Shown: one piece after another, positions 8,206-17,874 of the stretch
Numbering within the stretch: position 1 is the first letter of the stretch
Layout: the number at the start of each line of letters is the position of its first letter
From: Candidatus Micrarchaeaceae archaeon
GTDB taxonomy: Archaea; Micrarchaeota; Micrarchaeia; Micrarchaeales; Micrarchaeaceae
Direction of reading: 5' to 3'
DNA: 21,344 nt
NCBI GenBank assembly: GCA_050013715.1
Contig: JBEKES010000013.1
Coordinates: forward strand, 1-21,344
Made by a program: the position numbers and the translations under genes
The notes under the pieces: model-generated
What the model saw: the letters and a program-made list of their open reading frames with translations, nothing else
Database searches by the model: none
Told to the model about the DNA's origin: nothing

Positions 8206-8226
8206 AATAACGGGCTCCTCGTTATT
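8206..8226. terminator. Hairpin between convergent genes
   Basis: AATAACG-ggctcct-CGTTATT inverted repeat between the stops of ORF 7898-8179 and the MEMO1 gene. Confidence 0.35.
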
Positions 8227-8252
8227 GCCTAATTACAAGTGTGTAAAATATC

Positions 8253-9077
8253 CTACAGAAACGCTATTGCACAATATGCAACAACACTTGAATAGTCTTT
8301 TGTCTCCTCTCCAGAATTTGTATATTTTAGTATAATTCCTTTTTTAGAATGCATGTGCTTTGCGAACATCATTGCAACAGTTATAGGTCCGAAGCCGCAC
8401 GCACTGTCGTTTAACTTATCAATCAGATCGTTGAATTTCTTGTAATCTAAAACTTCTGCAGCTTCCAACAGTTTTGAATCTTTCTTCTTTGCGATTTCAG
8501 AGGATTCATAGTGATTAAAATCTGAGCTTGCAATTACTAGAACTTTTCTTTTCAACTGCTCCATTGATTTTATTATCGAATTGGATAGTATTTCGCTCGC
8601 TTCTATGCTCTGGTCTCCCATGCATATTAGAACAACTTTTTTCTTTGGGAAAATATATTGAATGAAAGGCAATTGAACTTCTATTGAATGCTCGCTTTCA
8701 TGGGCCTGCTCATCCACATTGATATATTCGGAATTCTCCACTATCGCCTTGGATAATTCCCTGTCGTTAATTGATTTTCCTAAAGGAGTTTCCCAATCCT
8801 CCATGGAAACAGAGATCGGCCTTCCGATTCCGGTGTGGTTAGGACCTATCATTATTAGAGTTTCAATTTGCTCTATTCTGCTGTTCTTTTGAATTGCTTT
8901 GTAGGTAAATGCTGCCGTCTTTCCCGAATAGATGTACCCAGCATGAGGTGCAACGTAGGAATGAGCCTCGCCCACATCTTCGTTCATATCTACTTTCTCT
9001 ATTGATGAGTTAATGAAATTTATTATTTCCTCTTTCCCTGATGGATAAAAGCTGCCGTTGAATACGCTTTTTCTCAT
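8253..9077 (-). CDS. MEMO1-family protein (AmmeMemoRadiSam system protein B)
   Basis: GSFYP, APHAGYIYSG, GPNHTG, WETPLG, EHSIEVQLPF, ASSDFNHY, SACGFGP, SVVAY. Confidence 0.95.
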   Translation of the reverse strand: MRKSVFNGSFYPSGKEEIINFINSSIEKVDMNEDVGEAHSYVAPHAGYIYSGKTAAFTYKAIQKNSRIEQIETLIMIGPNHTGIGRPISVSMEDWETPLGKSINDRELSKAIVENSEYINVDEQAHESEHSIEVQLPFIQYIFPKKKVVLICMGDQSIEASEILSNSIIKSMEQLKRKVLVIASSDFNHYESSEIAKKKDSKLLEAAEVLDYKKFNDLIDKLNDSACGFGPITVAMMFAKHMHSKKGIILKYTNSGEETKDYSSVVAYCAIAFL

Positions 9078-9122
9078 AGTATCATTAATTATTATTTAAA
9101 TCACATATATTAATCAGATATA

Positions 9123-10184
9123 ATGGTAGCATCGAAACTTGTACTATTTATCGACATGGATTACTTCTTTGCGGCATGCGAGGAGCTGCGCCATCCTGAA
9201 TTCAAGTCAAAGGCGCTTGTGGTTGGGACCTCTCCAATAAGCAAAAAAGAGAAGGGAGTTGTACAAACGTGCAACTACGAGGCAAGGAAATTTGGGATCC
9301 ACAGTGCGATGCCGACCATGCAGGCGTTGAAGTTGAATCCTGACATTGTTTATCTTGAATCAGATGATGCATATTATTCGGAAATTTCCTCTAGAGTAAT
9401 GAAGCTTCTCAAGGATTATGGTTTTAATACTGAAGTAATAAGCATAGATGAAGCAGCGCTTGAGTTGAATGACTTAGATTACAAAAACTCGGAAAAAATA
9501 GGAATTGAGATAAAAGAAAAAATAAAAAAAGAGATAGGACTACCATGCACAATAGGCATAAGCATAGGAAAGGTTTACGCAAAAATGATCTGCGATGAAT
9601 CAAAGCCTAACGGACTGGGAATATTGAGGGATAATAAATTAAAGGAATTCCTTAAAGACAAGAGCATGGACAAATTGCTGGGAGTTGGGAGAAAAACTTC
9701 TGATAAGTTAAAGCAAATGAAGATAAATACAATTGGAGAATTGGGAAAGGCAGATCCCAATGTGTTAGTTGAGAAATTCGGCGAATTCGGAAAAGAGCTT
9801 TTTCTTCTGGCCAATGGAATAGACAACAGCAGGGTAATTGCAAGCTACAGCATTTTATCCATTGGAAGAGAGCGGACCTTTGATAAAGACACAAAGGATT
9901 TTGGCGAAATAGAGAATATGGCAGACAAGTTATGCAAGGAAGTAATGACAGAGCTCAACAAGAACAACATGTGGTTCAGGGGCATTTCCGTAAAGGCAAA
10001 GTATTCAGATTTTAGCGAGCACATCAAGAACAAGAAACTGAACAATTACACCGATTCATTCGATCTGCTGTATAATACTTCAATGCAACTCATCAAAGAA
10101 TTGGTCAAGGACAAGAATTTAAGGAAAATAGGAGTAAGAACCTATGAACTGGAAGCGAAAAAAGGTCAAAGAAGATTAAGTTGA
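9123..10184 (+). CDS. dinB: Y-family DNA polymerase IV (DinB/Dbh/Dpo4)
   Basis: FIDMDYFFA, TCNYEARKFGIHSAMP, SIDEA, AKMxxDxxKPNG, GVGRKT, little-finger domain SIGRERTF, C-terminal QRRL. Confidence 0.95.
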   Translation: MVASKLVLFIDMDYFFAACEELRHPEFKSKALVVGTSPISKKEKGVVQTCNYEARKFGIHSAMPTMQALKLNPDIVYLESDDAYYSEISSRVMKLLKDYGFNTEVISIDEAALELNDLDYKNSEKIGIEIKEKIKKEIGLPCTIGISIGKVYAKMICDESKPNGLGILRDNKLKEFLKDKSMDKLLGVGRKTSDKLKQMKINTIGELGKADPNVLVEKFGEFGKELFLLANGIDNSRVIASYSILSIGRERTFDKDTKDFGEIENMADKLCKEVMTELNKNNMWFRGISVKAKYSDFSEHIKNKKLNNYTDSFDLLYNTSMQLIKELVKDKNLRKIGVRTYELEAKKGQRRLS

Positions 10185-11114
10185 ATTCCTGTAGTTAAGT
10201 TCTTGCAGGTAATTCCTTACTTCAAGTGCTGCCTTCGCACCGCTTCCAGCAGCGGTAATTGCCTGTCTGTAAACCTTATCTGCAACATCGCCTGCCACAA
10301 AAACGCCTTCTATGTCTGTTTTTACCTCATCTTTTGTTATTATGTACCCTTTTTCGTCAAGTTTTAGCTTCCCCTCAAGAAATGAAGTATTGGGCGTGTA
10401 TCCAATGGCTACGAAAACGCCGTCTATCGGCAGAGTAGCAACTTCATTTGTTTTCAGGTTCTTTAGTTTAACGGCATTGACCTTTTCATTGCCCATAATT
10501 TCCTCTATTCCAGTGTCGAACAGTACCCTTATCTTCGGATTGGCCAGCACTCTTGACTGCATTATCTTGCTTGCCCTGAATTCGTTTCTCCTGTGCACTA
10601 TGGTAACGCTGTCTGCGAACTTTGTAAGGAAGAGCGAATCCTCCATTGCCGTGTCCCCGCCTCCTATTACTATTACGTTCTTGTGCTTGAAGAAAGCCGC
10701 ATCGCAGGTAGCGCAGCTGCTAACGCCTTTTCCTATGAACTTCTGCTCCGATTCAATGTTTAGCCATTTTGCCGATGCACCCATGGCAAGTATTACAGCT
10801 TTTGCGTAGTAGGTATCATTTCCAACGCTTATCCTGAACGGGCTTTTGCTCAAGTCTATGTCAGTTACGTTGTCGTTTATGAAGCGCGTTCCAAATGATT
10901 CTGCCTGCTTGCTGAACATGTCCATGAGATCAGGGCCCAGTATCCCTTCCGGAAAGCCAGGATAGTTCTCGATTTTAGTGGTAAGCATGAGCTGCCCTCC
11001 GCGCGCTATGCCGGTAATTACAATGGGCTTGAAATCCTCTCTTGCAGTGTACATTGCAGCCGTGTAACCTGCTGGCCCCGCACCTATTATTATCACATTT
11101 TCTGCATTTTCCAT
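10176..11114 (-). CDS. trxB: Thioredoxin-disulfide reductase
   Basis: GAGPAG, GGQL, ENYPGF, GVSSCATCD, GGGDTAMED, HRRxEFRAS, GVFVAGDV, RQAITAAGSG. Confidence 0.97.
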   Translation of the reverse strand: MENAENVIIIGAGPAGYTAAMYTAREDFKPIVITGIARGGQLMLTTKIENYPGFPEGILGPDLMDMFSKQAESFGTRFINDNVTDIDLSKSPFRISVGNDTYYAKAVILAMGASAKWLNIESEQKFIGKGVSSCATCDAAFFKHKNVIVIGGGDTAMEDSLFLTKFADSVTIVHRRNEFRASKIMQSRVLANPKIRVLFDTGIEEIMGNEKVNAVKLKNLKTNEVATLPIDGVFVAIGYTPNTSFLEGKLKLDEKGYIITKDEVKTDIEGVFVAGDVADKVYRQAITAAGSGAKAALEVRNYLQELNYRNST

Positions 11115-11211
11115 GCTAATATAACACGATTAAAATATTTAAAGCCAGAGCATATGAAAGTATTAATACCTTTCCAGTTATACTTATTTTAAATGAAAGT
11201 ACGGCGACCTG

Positions 11212-12180
11212 ATGATTAATTCCAATAATCTTAGGATATCCCTTGACCGAAGGGAACCTAACTCTGATGTAGATTTCATTTCACACGCGCATACGGACCA
11301 TCTCGGTGCTGCAAAGTCCTCGAAGATGGTTCTGGCAAGCGACGAAACTATACAATTGATAGAGCAGTCGCAGAACATGACCATACAAAACAAGAGCAAT
11401 GGCTGTAATTTCCAGCTTATAGAAGCTGGACACATGCTCGGCTCAAGGCAGTTGGTAGCAAATGATGACAAAACAGGGAAAAGGATAACTTACACTGGAG
11501 ACTTCCAGACTGTTAGATCAAAGACCTCAAAGCCCATAGATGTAAGAGAAACTGATGTTCTAATAATGGATTCGACCTATGAGGACCCGCTGGTAAAATT
11601 TGACGACAAATTTGAAGTTGAATCAATAATACAGGATTGGACAAGCAGGAAGCTAAATCAAGGGATAGTGATATTCAGCGCCTATGCGATGGGGAAGGCG
11701 CAGGAATTAATATCCATATTCAACGATGCTGGGATAAAGCCGGTAGTTACAAAGAAGATAAGCAAAATATCGAAAGTTTATGTTGACAATGGAATAAAGC
11801 TTGACTACGCATCGGAATACGACCCTGAAAGCAACTACGAGGAAATAGTAAGGGATAATTTCGTAGGCATCAGCGAAACAAGGAACTTATACTCATTGAA
11901 GGAATTCCTGCAAACAGTGCACAACAAGAAAGTATTCACTGCGATGGCAACTGGTTTTGCAAAGAGATTCAGTTTCAGGACAGATGCACAATTCCCGTTG
12001 AGCGACCATGCAGATTTCAGCCAGAGCGTTGAATACATAGAAGCGACAAGCGCAAAGAAGGTTCTTACCTATGGACCCAATGCATCTTCCTTTGCAAAAA
12101 ACCTTTGCAATGATGGTTACAACGCAATACCATTCAATGAATCGGTTTTTTCCGCAAATCCGATAAATAACAACAAATAA
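11212..12180 (+). CDS. Metallo-beta-lactamase / beta-CASP-like nuclease
   Basis: ISHAHTDH, AGHMLGS, YTGDF, DSTY, YAMGKAQE, PLSDHADF. Confidence 0.88.
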   Translation: MINSNNLRISLDRREPNSDVDFISHAHTDHLGAAKSSKMVLASDETIQLIEQSQNMTIQNKSNGCNFQLIEAGHMLGSRQLVANDDKTGKRITYTGDFQTVRSKTSKPIDVRETDVLIMDSTYEDPLVKFDDKFEVESIIQDWTSRKLNQGIVIFSAYAMGKAQELISIFNDAGIKPVVTKKISKISKVYVDNGIKLDYASEYDPESNYEEIVRDNFVGISETRNLYSLKEFLQTVHNKKVFTAMATGFAKRFSFRTDAQFPLSDHADFSQSVEYIEATSAKKVLTYGPNASSFAKNLCNDGYNAIPFNESVFSANPINNNK

Positions 12181-12262
12181 GTATTTGAAAATGTGTAATA
12201 TATATGAGCGATAAAATTACAGTCAGAAGGATTAATTGTATAATGCTAACTTAGGTGTAAAT

Positions 12263-13072
12263 ATGGCACAAAAATCAGTACCAAGGAATGTAGACTTGCA
12301 GGTATTCTTACACAGGGATTGCGGCGCGGCCAAATATGTGCACGAGACCGCAAAGGGAGGTCCCGAAAGCGAAACAACAGGTAGGCACTACCATACCCTT
12401 GTTGCGCCTTTCTTGGATTACAAGGACATGCTTGCAAATATACCGGGAGTTGAAAACGCCGCTTCAATGATACAGCAGAGATACATTAAAAGATTAATGG
12501 AGCAGGCAAAAGGACGTCAGAACACGGATGGAAGCCTTCAAATAGTGAATGCCTGCATGGACGCAAGATTCAATGGATTTTTAGATAATATGACAAATGC
12601 AACAGTGCACAGAACCTTGGGAGGATACCTTAAGCCGCTTCGAACAAAGCTGGAAGTGGTATTCGGCGCACAAAATGTCCATACTGAATGCAATGTAATG
12701 GATGTGGGCCAATTGAATGCACCACCAGTCGGCAACGAGAAGTTCTTGGCCATTTGCGCCCCTCTAGTGATAAGCGACAGGACTAATTTCAGTATTCTTG
12801 CGGGAAAAGCAGGCTTGCCTCCTGAAAGCACTTATTTCATAACAGTGGAAGATGACAAGGCAAGCGCTGAAACACTATTCGATATTGATTTCAGGGTTGC
12901 AGCCTCTCCGTTCTTCCATATGCAGGGATATGTATTGTTTATGGACAAGAGAAATCCTGAACCTGCAATGAGGTTTGAAAAACTTCTTAGAATGAAGAGA
13001 GACCAGTTTGAATTGGAGAATCTTCATAAGAAAGAGGGAAAGGACGCAGTAATAGAGTATAGTAGCCAGTGA
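12263..13072 (+). CDS. Beta-carbonic-anhydrase-like protein with permuted motif order (HxxC precedes CxDxR)
   Basis: HRDCG at 12311, CMDAR at 12554, RTLGG; homologous in blocks to the next gene. Start ATG 12263 with AGGTG 5 nt upstream. Confidence 0.75.
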   Translation: MAQKSVPRNVDLQVFLHRDCGAAKYVHETAKGGPESETTGRHYHTLVAPFLDYKDMLANIPGVENAASMIQQRYIKRLMEQAKGRQNTDGSLQIVNACMDARFNGFLDNMTNATVHRTLGGYLKPLRTKLEVVFGAQNVHTECNVMDVGQLNAPPVGNEKFLAICAPLVISDRTNFSILAGKAGLPPESTYFITVEDDKASAETLFDIDFRVAASPFFHMQGYVLFMDKRNPEPAMRFEKLLRMKRDQFELENLHKKEGKDAVIEYSSQ

Positions 13073-13076
13073 AAGA

Positions 13077-13835
13077 ATGACAATCGCAATAATAGGATGC
13101 ATGGACAGAAGGCTCAATTCCTTCTTCGAAGAGATTAGGAACAATGTCCTGAAGGACAATCCAAATGAGAAGATTTACACCATAAGAGATGCAGGAGGAG
13201 GGGTTGGCTCTGTTGAGAAAACGCTCTATGACCTTAACATAACTGAAATACACGATTATACTCACACCAATTGCGGTGCAATGAAAGTTGCAATGGGCGC
13301 GTGCATAAAAATTAATTCTGGCGAGAAGCTTGATGAAGTTGAAAGCAGTTCAGATGTATATGACTCAAACATCGAGCCATTTCTCGGTTCAACCTATTCG
13401 ACAACGCTTGCCATAGAGCAGAAGAATACAGAAATCCAGAAAGACGTGCTCACTCATCTCAAGATGACCCATCCTGATCTCAAATTCACCTGCGATTTAA
13501 TTGACATTGAAAAACTGAATCTTCCAAAAGTGGAAGGAGAGCATACGGTAATAATAGGCATGTCCTATGATGGAAAATATTCCGACATAGCCAACAAGTA
13601 CAATCTCGATCTTCTGCATGTTTATTTCATTCAATCAAATCATTTGGAAGAGATAAGACCGGCAGTTAAATTGGCAGTTGAAAAGCTCAACATACACAAT
13701 GTGATGTTCATATCCAACGATCCTTCCGAAGACGAAGTAATAGAAAGATGGTCGAATGATCCTTCGCTAAAGCAAATGTTTGAAAGGCATCTAATGAAAG
13801 TGCCGGTCAAAACTGAAAGAAAGCATGTGCAATAA
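13077..13835 (+). CDS. Beta-carbonic-anhydrase-family protein (clade D/Cab-like core plus C-terminal extension)
   Basis: IIGCMDRRL, IRDAGG and HTNCGAM in canonical order: zinc ligands Cys, His, Cys and the Asp-Arg dyad. Confidence 0.85.
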   Translation: MTIAIIGCMDRRLNSFFEEIRNNVLKDNPNEKIYTIRDAGGGVGSVEKTLYDLNITEIHDYTHTNCGAMKVAMGACIKINSGEKLDEVESSSDVYDSNIEPFLGSTYSTTLAIEQKNTEIQKDVLTHLKMTHPDLKFTCDLIDIEKLNLPKVEGEHTVIIGMSYDGKYSDIANKYNLDLLHVYFIQSNHLEEIRPAVKLAVEKLNIHNVMFISNDPSEDEVIERWSNDPSLKQMFERHLMKVPVKTERKHVQ

Positions 13836-14738
13836 TTACTTGCTCTTTTTCCCCTCTACTTCCACAAGAGACATTATCGCTGTTTCCGAAAGCCATTGGC
13901 TCAATAGGTCATACTCGAGCATCTTTACCCTTGCGGTTATTACTATGCCATAGCTTTCCCCGCTGCTTATGAGAGAAATCTTAACAATCAAGTCCCTCAA
14001 TTTCTCGAAGTCTTCTTTTTCCGACGATAATTTTGATGTAAGTTTCTTTCTGAATGCGCTTATGCTGGTAGTTCTTTTTGCCTCAAGTCTAACCTTGATT
14101 TGTTTTTCATACACTCTGCTGTGATTCACTACTATGCTCTGGTTTATCGCGTTGTTAGGTATATAGAGTATTGACATGTCATCCTTGAGGATTCTTGTGT
14201 ATACCAATCCCAGGCTTTTTACCGTTCCTGTTATCTCGTTCATCATCGCTTCGTGAGGATATGTAGGTGCATTGAAAGAATAGGAAGTCGGTATTATTGT
14301 GATCTTCTCACCATGAGTGAAGGGCCTTGAATACATTATGGAAAGCCCGGAAAACATGTTGCCCAGAGAGGCCTGGGCAGCCAGTCCAAAGACAATGCCA
14401 AGGAAGCCTGCACCCACAAGAAGGCTTGCAATGGAAATATTGAGCGTATGCAACAATATGATTATCAGTATGGGATAGCACAGCAATTTGAATATGTGGG
14501 CCAGTTCATGCATTTCCTTCTTGTTTTCAGTATATTTGCCGTATATTTCAATGGATAGCGCTCCGACAAATATTATCAGCAAGCCCAGTGCTATCTGGAA
14601 CAGCATTATGGAAATGAGAGGATTTGGCTGTATTGGCGTTACCACATGGTAGACAGCAAATGCACTGTAGGCTATTATGGCCGCTATCGTTGCAATGGGC
14701 TCTACTATTGAAGCAAGGCTTAGCCTCCCGTCAGTCAT
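13836..14738 (-). CDS. mscS: Small-conductance mechanosensitive channel
   Basis: N-terminal TMs, GAGFLGIVFGLAAQASLGNMFSGL, RPFxxGEKI, GTVKSLGLVYT, IPNN. Confidence 0.92.
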   Translation of the reverse strand: MTDGRLSLASIVEPIATIAAIIAYSAFAVYHVVTPIQPNPLISIMLFQIALGLLIIFVGALSIEIYGKYTENKKEMHELAHIFKLLCYPILIIILLHTLNISIASLLVGAGFLGIVFGLAAQASLGNMFSGLSIMYSRPFTHGEKITIIPTSYSFNAPTYPHEAMMNEITGTVKSLGLVYTRILKDDMSILYIPNNAINQSIVVNHSRVYEKQIKVRLEAKRTTSISAFRKKLTSKLSSEKEDFEKLRDLIVKISLISSGESYGIVITARVKMLEYDLLSQWLSETAIMSLVEVEGKKSK

Positions 14739-14807
14739 ATTCCATCAACTGGTCTTAATAGCAATAGTAGAAGCATAAGCTTTTAAAGATGCCAATAATT
14801 CCTTGAT

Positions 14808-15935
14808 TTATGTACCACAAGCCATGCCACTAATTCCCTGCTCAAGAAATTCAAGTATTCCATCGCTGTCAAGTATTAGCTTGCTTGATTTTGCAAGCTT
14901 CTGGTATTCCCACTGGGGCTTGAATATTTCCTCTATTTCATGCATCTTAAGCCCTTTGTGCTTTCCTTTGCAGAAGTCTATTATTTCCTCTATGAATATT
15001 TCAGAGGAATTCATGCCAGTAAAGCTTTGCGACATGAGTGTTTCCCCATGCTTGCTTATCAATTGTATTCTTCCTCGCTCTTCCGTATTGAATTCCACTT
15101 CATGACCGGGAAAGCACAGAAGAAGATAATCATCGGATTCAAAGACAAACTTTATGGACTTGTTTGCGTGCTCCTTGTCAACGCCCTTTGCTGATCTTAT
15201 TACTGCAAATGCACCTTCCGCGTAATTTGCACCTTTGAGTACTATTTTTGATTCTATCCCTGTCGGATTCTTTGAATCATAGGAAGCATTTACCACAAAG
15301 CTCTTCAATTCAATTATATTTCCGAAATTGCATTTGGTTGTATAGTATATGACTTCAAATGAGTGTATCCAATCCATGAATATTCCACCATTCTCCAGCG
15401 CAAGGAGCCATGTCCTTTTCGGGTCTTCCTTGTTCGTGTCCTCAAAGAATGTTGCCTGTATTGATTTGATCTTCCCGTTCTGCTTTATGAAATCTGGAAG
15501 CATGGTCCTCAGTGCAATGGTAGGCTGCTTGTGCAGATAGTGCAAATGCAGATAAAGTCTATCGTTATAATTATTCTTTTGCACCAGATTCTTTATTTCA
15601 TTGAATTCCTGCTCGTTTGCGGCAATGGTTTTTTCAACTATCACATACTTTCCGTTGTTTAGCGATTCTATGGCTTGGGATTTGTGGAATTTATTGGGAT
15701 CTGATATGTGCACTATGTTTATGCCTTCGAAAAACTGCCCCGGAAAATTGCCGTTCTGATCAGATATGTAGTAATTATTTTCAGTTATCCCGAATTTCGA
15801 AAGAAGCTCTTTTTTCTCATCAAAGGGCTTGGTTCCAACTGCCTTTTTCAGGTCAAGGCCGCCCTCTACGCCTATTCCAGTAGTAAGCCAGCTGAACCAG
15901 TGGCCAAGGCCTATTACACCGAGTGTATACTCCAT
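14808..15935 (-). CDS. Gfo/Idh/MocA-family NAD(P)-dependent oxidoreductase
   Basis: GVIGLGHW Rossmann motif, PNKFH...GKYVIVEK, GGIFMDWIH. Confidence 0.85.
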   Translation of the reverse strand: MEYTLGVIGLGHWFSWLTTGIGVEGGLDLKKAVGTKPFDEKKELLSKFGITENNYYISDQNGNFPGQFFEGINIVHISDPNKFHKSQAIESLNNGKYVIVEKTIAANEQEFNEIKNLVQKNNYNDRLYLHLHYLHKQPTIALRTMLPDFIKQNGKIKSIQATFFEDTNKEDPKRTWLLALENGGIFMDWIHSFEVIYYTTKCNFGNIIELKSFVVNASYDSKNPTGIESKIVLKGANYAEGAFAVIRSAKGVDKEHANKSIKFVFESDDYLLLCFPGHEVEFNTEERGRIQLISKHGETLMSQSFTGMNSSEIFIEEIIDFCKGKHKGLKMHEIEEIFKPQWEYQKLAKSSKLILDSDGILEFLEQGISGMACGT

Positions 15936-16118
15936 TGCATCCCCATAGAATAAGTAGTTACATCCTTAGACAAACTATAAAAAGATTAATGGAAATAGCA
16001 TTTATTATTTGATAATCTTTGCAGGCACCATAATTAATCTTGGCGGTCGTTTTAACCTAACAATTTAGATAGGTTTAAATACATTAGAATATAATGATAT
16101 GAAGTTTAAAGTGGTTAT

Positions 16119-17822
16119 ATGAGTAAAGTTATAAACATAAAGTTTGGTTTACTGGTTCTTTCGATACTAGCAATAATGGCAATGGGCATGGCAAACGCAG
16201 TTGCGCCCAACGCAGTCAATGCAACATACAATGTTACCAGTAACGCACCAACAGTCGTGAATCTTGCAAATTCCAATACAACAGTTACGCTTAGCTCAAC
16301 TTCGATTAGGGCACTTCCAGCAAAGCTAACAGTCTCATATGTCACTAATACAATAGTAGGGCCAACAGCATTGAAGCCATTGCAGGTAATAAACCTTACG
16401 CTTTGTGTAGGACCAACGGTCTTTTCCACTTGCACTCCTCCACCACAATCAAACTCAAATATTACAACAACTGTTAAATACGAGCTTACCTGCTCGATAA
16501 ATCAGAATTCTCTTGCAGTATATGAATGGATGCCCAATGCCTATTCATGGGCAAAAATACCAAGCAGTTATGAAGTAGGACCAAGCGCCTGCTGGATTTC
16601 ATACAATGTACCGGCAGATCCAGTGGTTGGAGTATTCCAGAGTATTCTACAGATATCTTTAAATACCTCTTTAAACACGGGCTTTAACATAACAAGCACT
16701 GCACCAGTAATTCTAAATATTTCAAATTCAAGCACAACATTAAAAGTAAGATCAAGTGCAGTTCAAAAATTTGCAGCAAGAGCAGTAGTTTCAAGTGTAG
16801 TAGCTACAAATGCAGCTAACTGCCCAACTAACGCAGTTTGTGTTGTGCCACCAAATGCATACACACCAATATCAGTATTCAATTACACACTTTGTGTAGG
16901 ACCAACTCCATTTACCAGTTGCAATGCAGTAAATGCAAACACAAATGCTAATGTAACAACCAATGCAACAGTAAAGTATTCGTGCAGCATAAGCCCATCG
17001 GCCGTTGCAGTATATGAATACTCATCCACATCTGGTGCATGGACAAAGCTAGCATCAACTACAACTGTGGGACCAACAGCATGCTGGGTTTCATTCAATG
17101 TGCCTTCGGATCCTGTTGTTGGAGTATTTGCACAATCATCAGCATGGTTTAATGCTTCGTACAACTTGACCAGCACTTCGCCCATTGTTGCAAACATAAC
17201 ATCAAATGCAAGTGTAACAGTAACCTCAACATCTAATCAAAAATTAGGAGCAAGAATATTCGCTTCAAGCGTAATTGGAGCCAATCCATCACAGTGCCCA
17301 ACCAATGCAGTGTGCGTTACACCACCAAGTGCCTATGCGCCAATATCAATATTCAACTACACACTTTGTGTAGGGCCAACACCATTTACAAGCTGCAATG
17401 CATTTAATGTAAATGCAAACGTAACGACAAGGGCAACTGTCAAATACTCATGCAACATACAAACATCAGCCATTGCGGTATACGAGCTTACTTCAGGATC
17501 TGCTGCAGGACCTAATGTATGGTCACAATTAGTAACAAACTTCAGCGTAGGACCTAATGCCTGCACAGTTTCGTTCACTGTTCCACCAGACCCAGTTGTG
17601 GGAGTATTCCAATATGAAGGATCAAATACAACTACAGTAGCAGCAACAACATCAATATACTACCAAACAACAGCACCAACAACAATACCTACGAACAGTT
17701 CAGGAGTGGCATATCCGTTAACAACACAAAGCGGAAGCTCAACAACAATATTGGTAATAGTTGTAATCGTAATAATCATATTATTGATTGCGATATATGC
17801 CTTGAGCAAAAGGAAAAAGTAA
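16119..17822 (+). CDS. Secreted, C-terminally anchored Cys-rich surface glycoprotein with three ~145-155 aa repeats
   Basis: Signal peptide (K-rich then hydrophobic, ANA), three repeats ending DPVVGVF, Thr-rich linker, TM helix followed by KRKK; many NxS/T sequons. Confidence 0.9.
   Translation: MSKVINIKFGLLVLSILAIMAMGMANAVAPNAVNATYNVTSNAPTVVNLANSNTTVTLSSTSIRALPAKLTVSYVTNTIVGPTALKPLQVINLTLCVGPTVFSTCTPPPQSNSNITTTVKYELTCSINQNSLAVYEWMPNAYSWAKIPSSYEVGPSACWISYNVPADPVVGVFQSILQISLNTSLNTGFNITSTAPVILNISNSSTTLKVRSSAVQKFAARAVVSSVVATNAANCPTNAVCVVPPNAYTPISVFNYTLCVGPTPFTSCNAVNANTNANVTTNATVKYSCSISPSAVAVYEYSSTSGAWTKLASTTTVGPTACWVSFNVPSDPVVGVFAQSSAWFNASYNLTSTSPIVANITSNASVTVTSTSNQKLGARIFASSVIGANPSQCPTNAVCVTPPSAYAPISIFNYTLCVGPTPFTSCNAFNVNANVTTRATVKYSCNIQTSAIAVYELTSGSAAGPNVWSQLVTNFSVGPNACTVSFTVPPDPVVGVFQYEGSNTTTVAATTSIYYQTTAPTTIPTNSSGVAYPLTTQSGSSTTILVIVVIVIIILLIAIYALSKRKK
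16215..17612 (+). repeat. Three intragenic tandem domain repeats (about 16215-16640, 16671-17132, 17148-17612)
   Basis: Each has LCVGPT...C, AVYE...W, VGPxAC and VPxDPVVGVF; repeats 2 and 3 share near-identical DNA (ttcaa[t/c]tacacactttgtgtagg). Confidence 0.9.
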
Positions 17823-17844
17823 TAGGTAGTTAACGTTAGGATTC

Positions 17845-17874
17845 AAGACCTCAGAATCATTTAGAGGTCTTTTT
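17845..17874 (+). terminator. Hairpin plus T-run after the surface protein gene
   Basis: AAGACCTC-agaatcattta-GAGGTCTT followed by T residues; overlaps the 3' end of the convergent SRPBCC gene. Confidence 0.45.

Noticed and set aside
11154..11214. Frameshifted N-terminus of the MBL nuclease (ATGAAAGTACGGC would read MKYGDLMINS with one fewer A)
   Set aside because: Cannot be distinguished from a genuine start at 11212 without homologue alignment or reads; all catalytic motifs lie downstream.
1782..13836. Overlapping or abutting convergent gene ends (bcp/RHH, cysN/radical SAM, dinB/trxB, CA/mscS)
   Set aside because: Ordinary for compact archaeal genomes; no evidence of a specific function.
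16215..17612. CRISPR array or diversity-generating retroelement TR/VR pair
   Set aside because: The repeats are in-frame protein domains with many synonymous differences that are not adenine-specific; no cas or reverse transcriptase gene is present.
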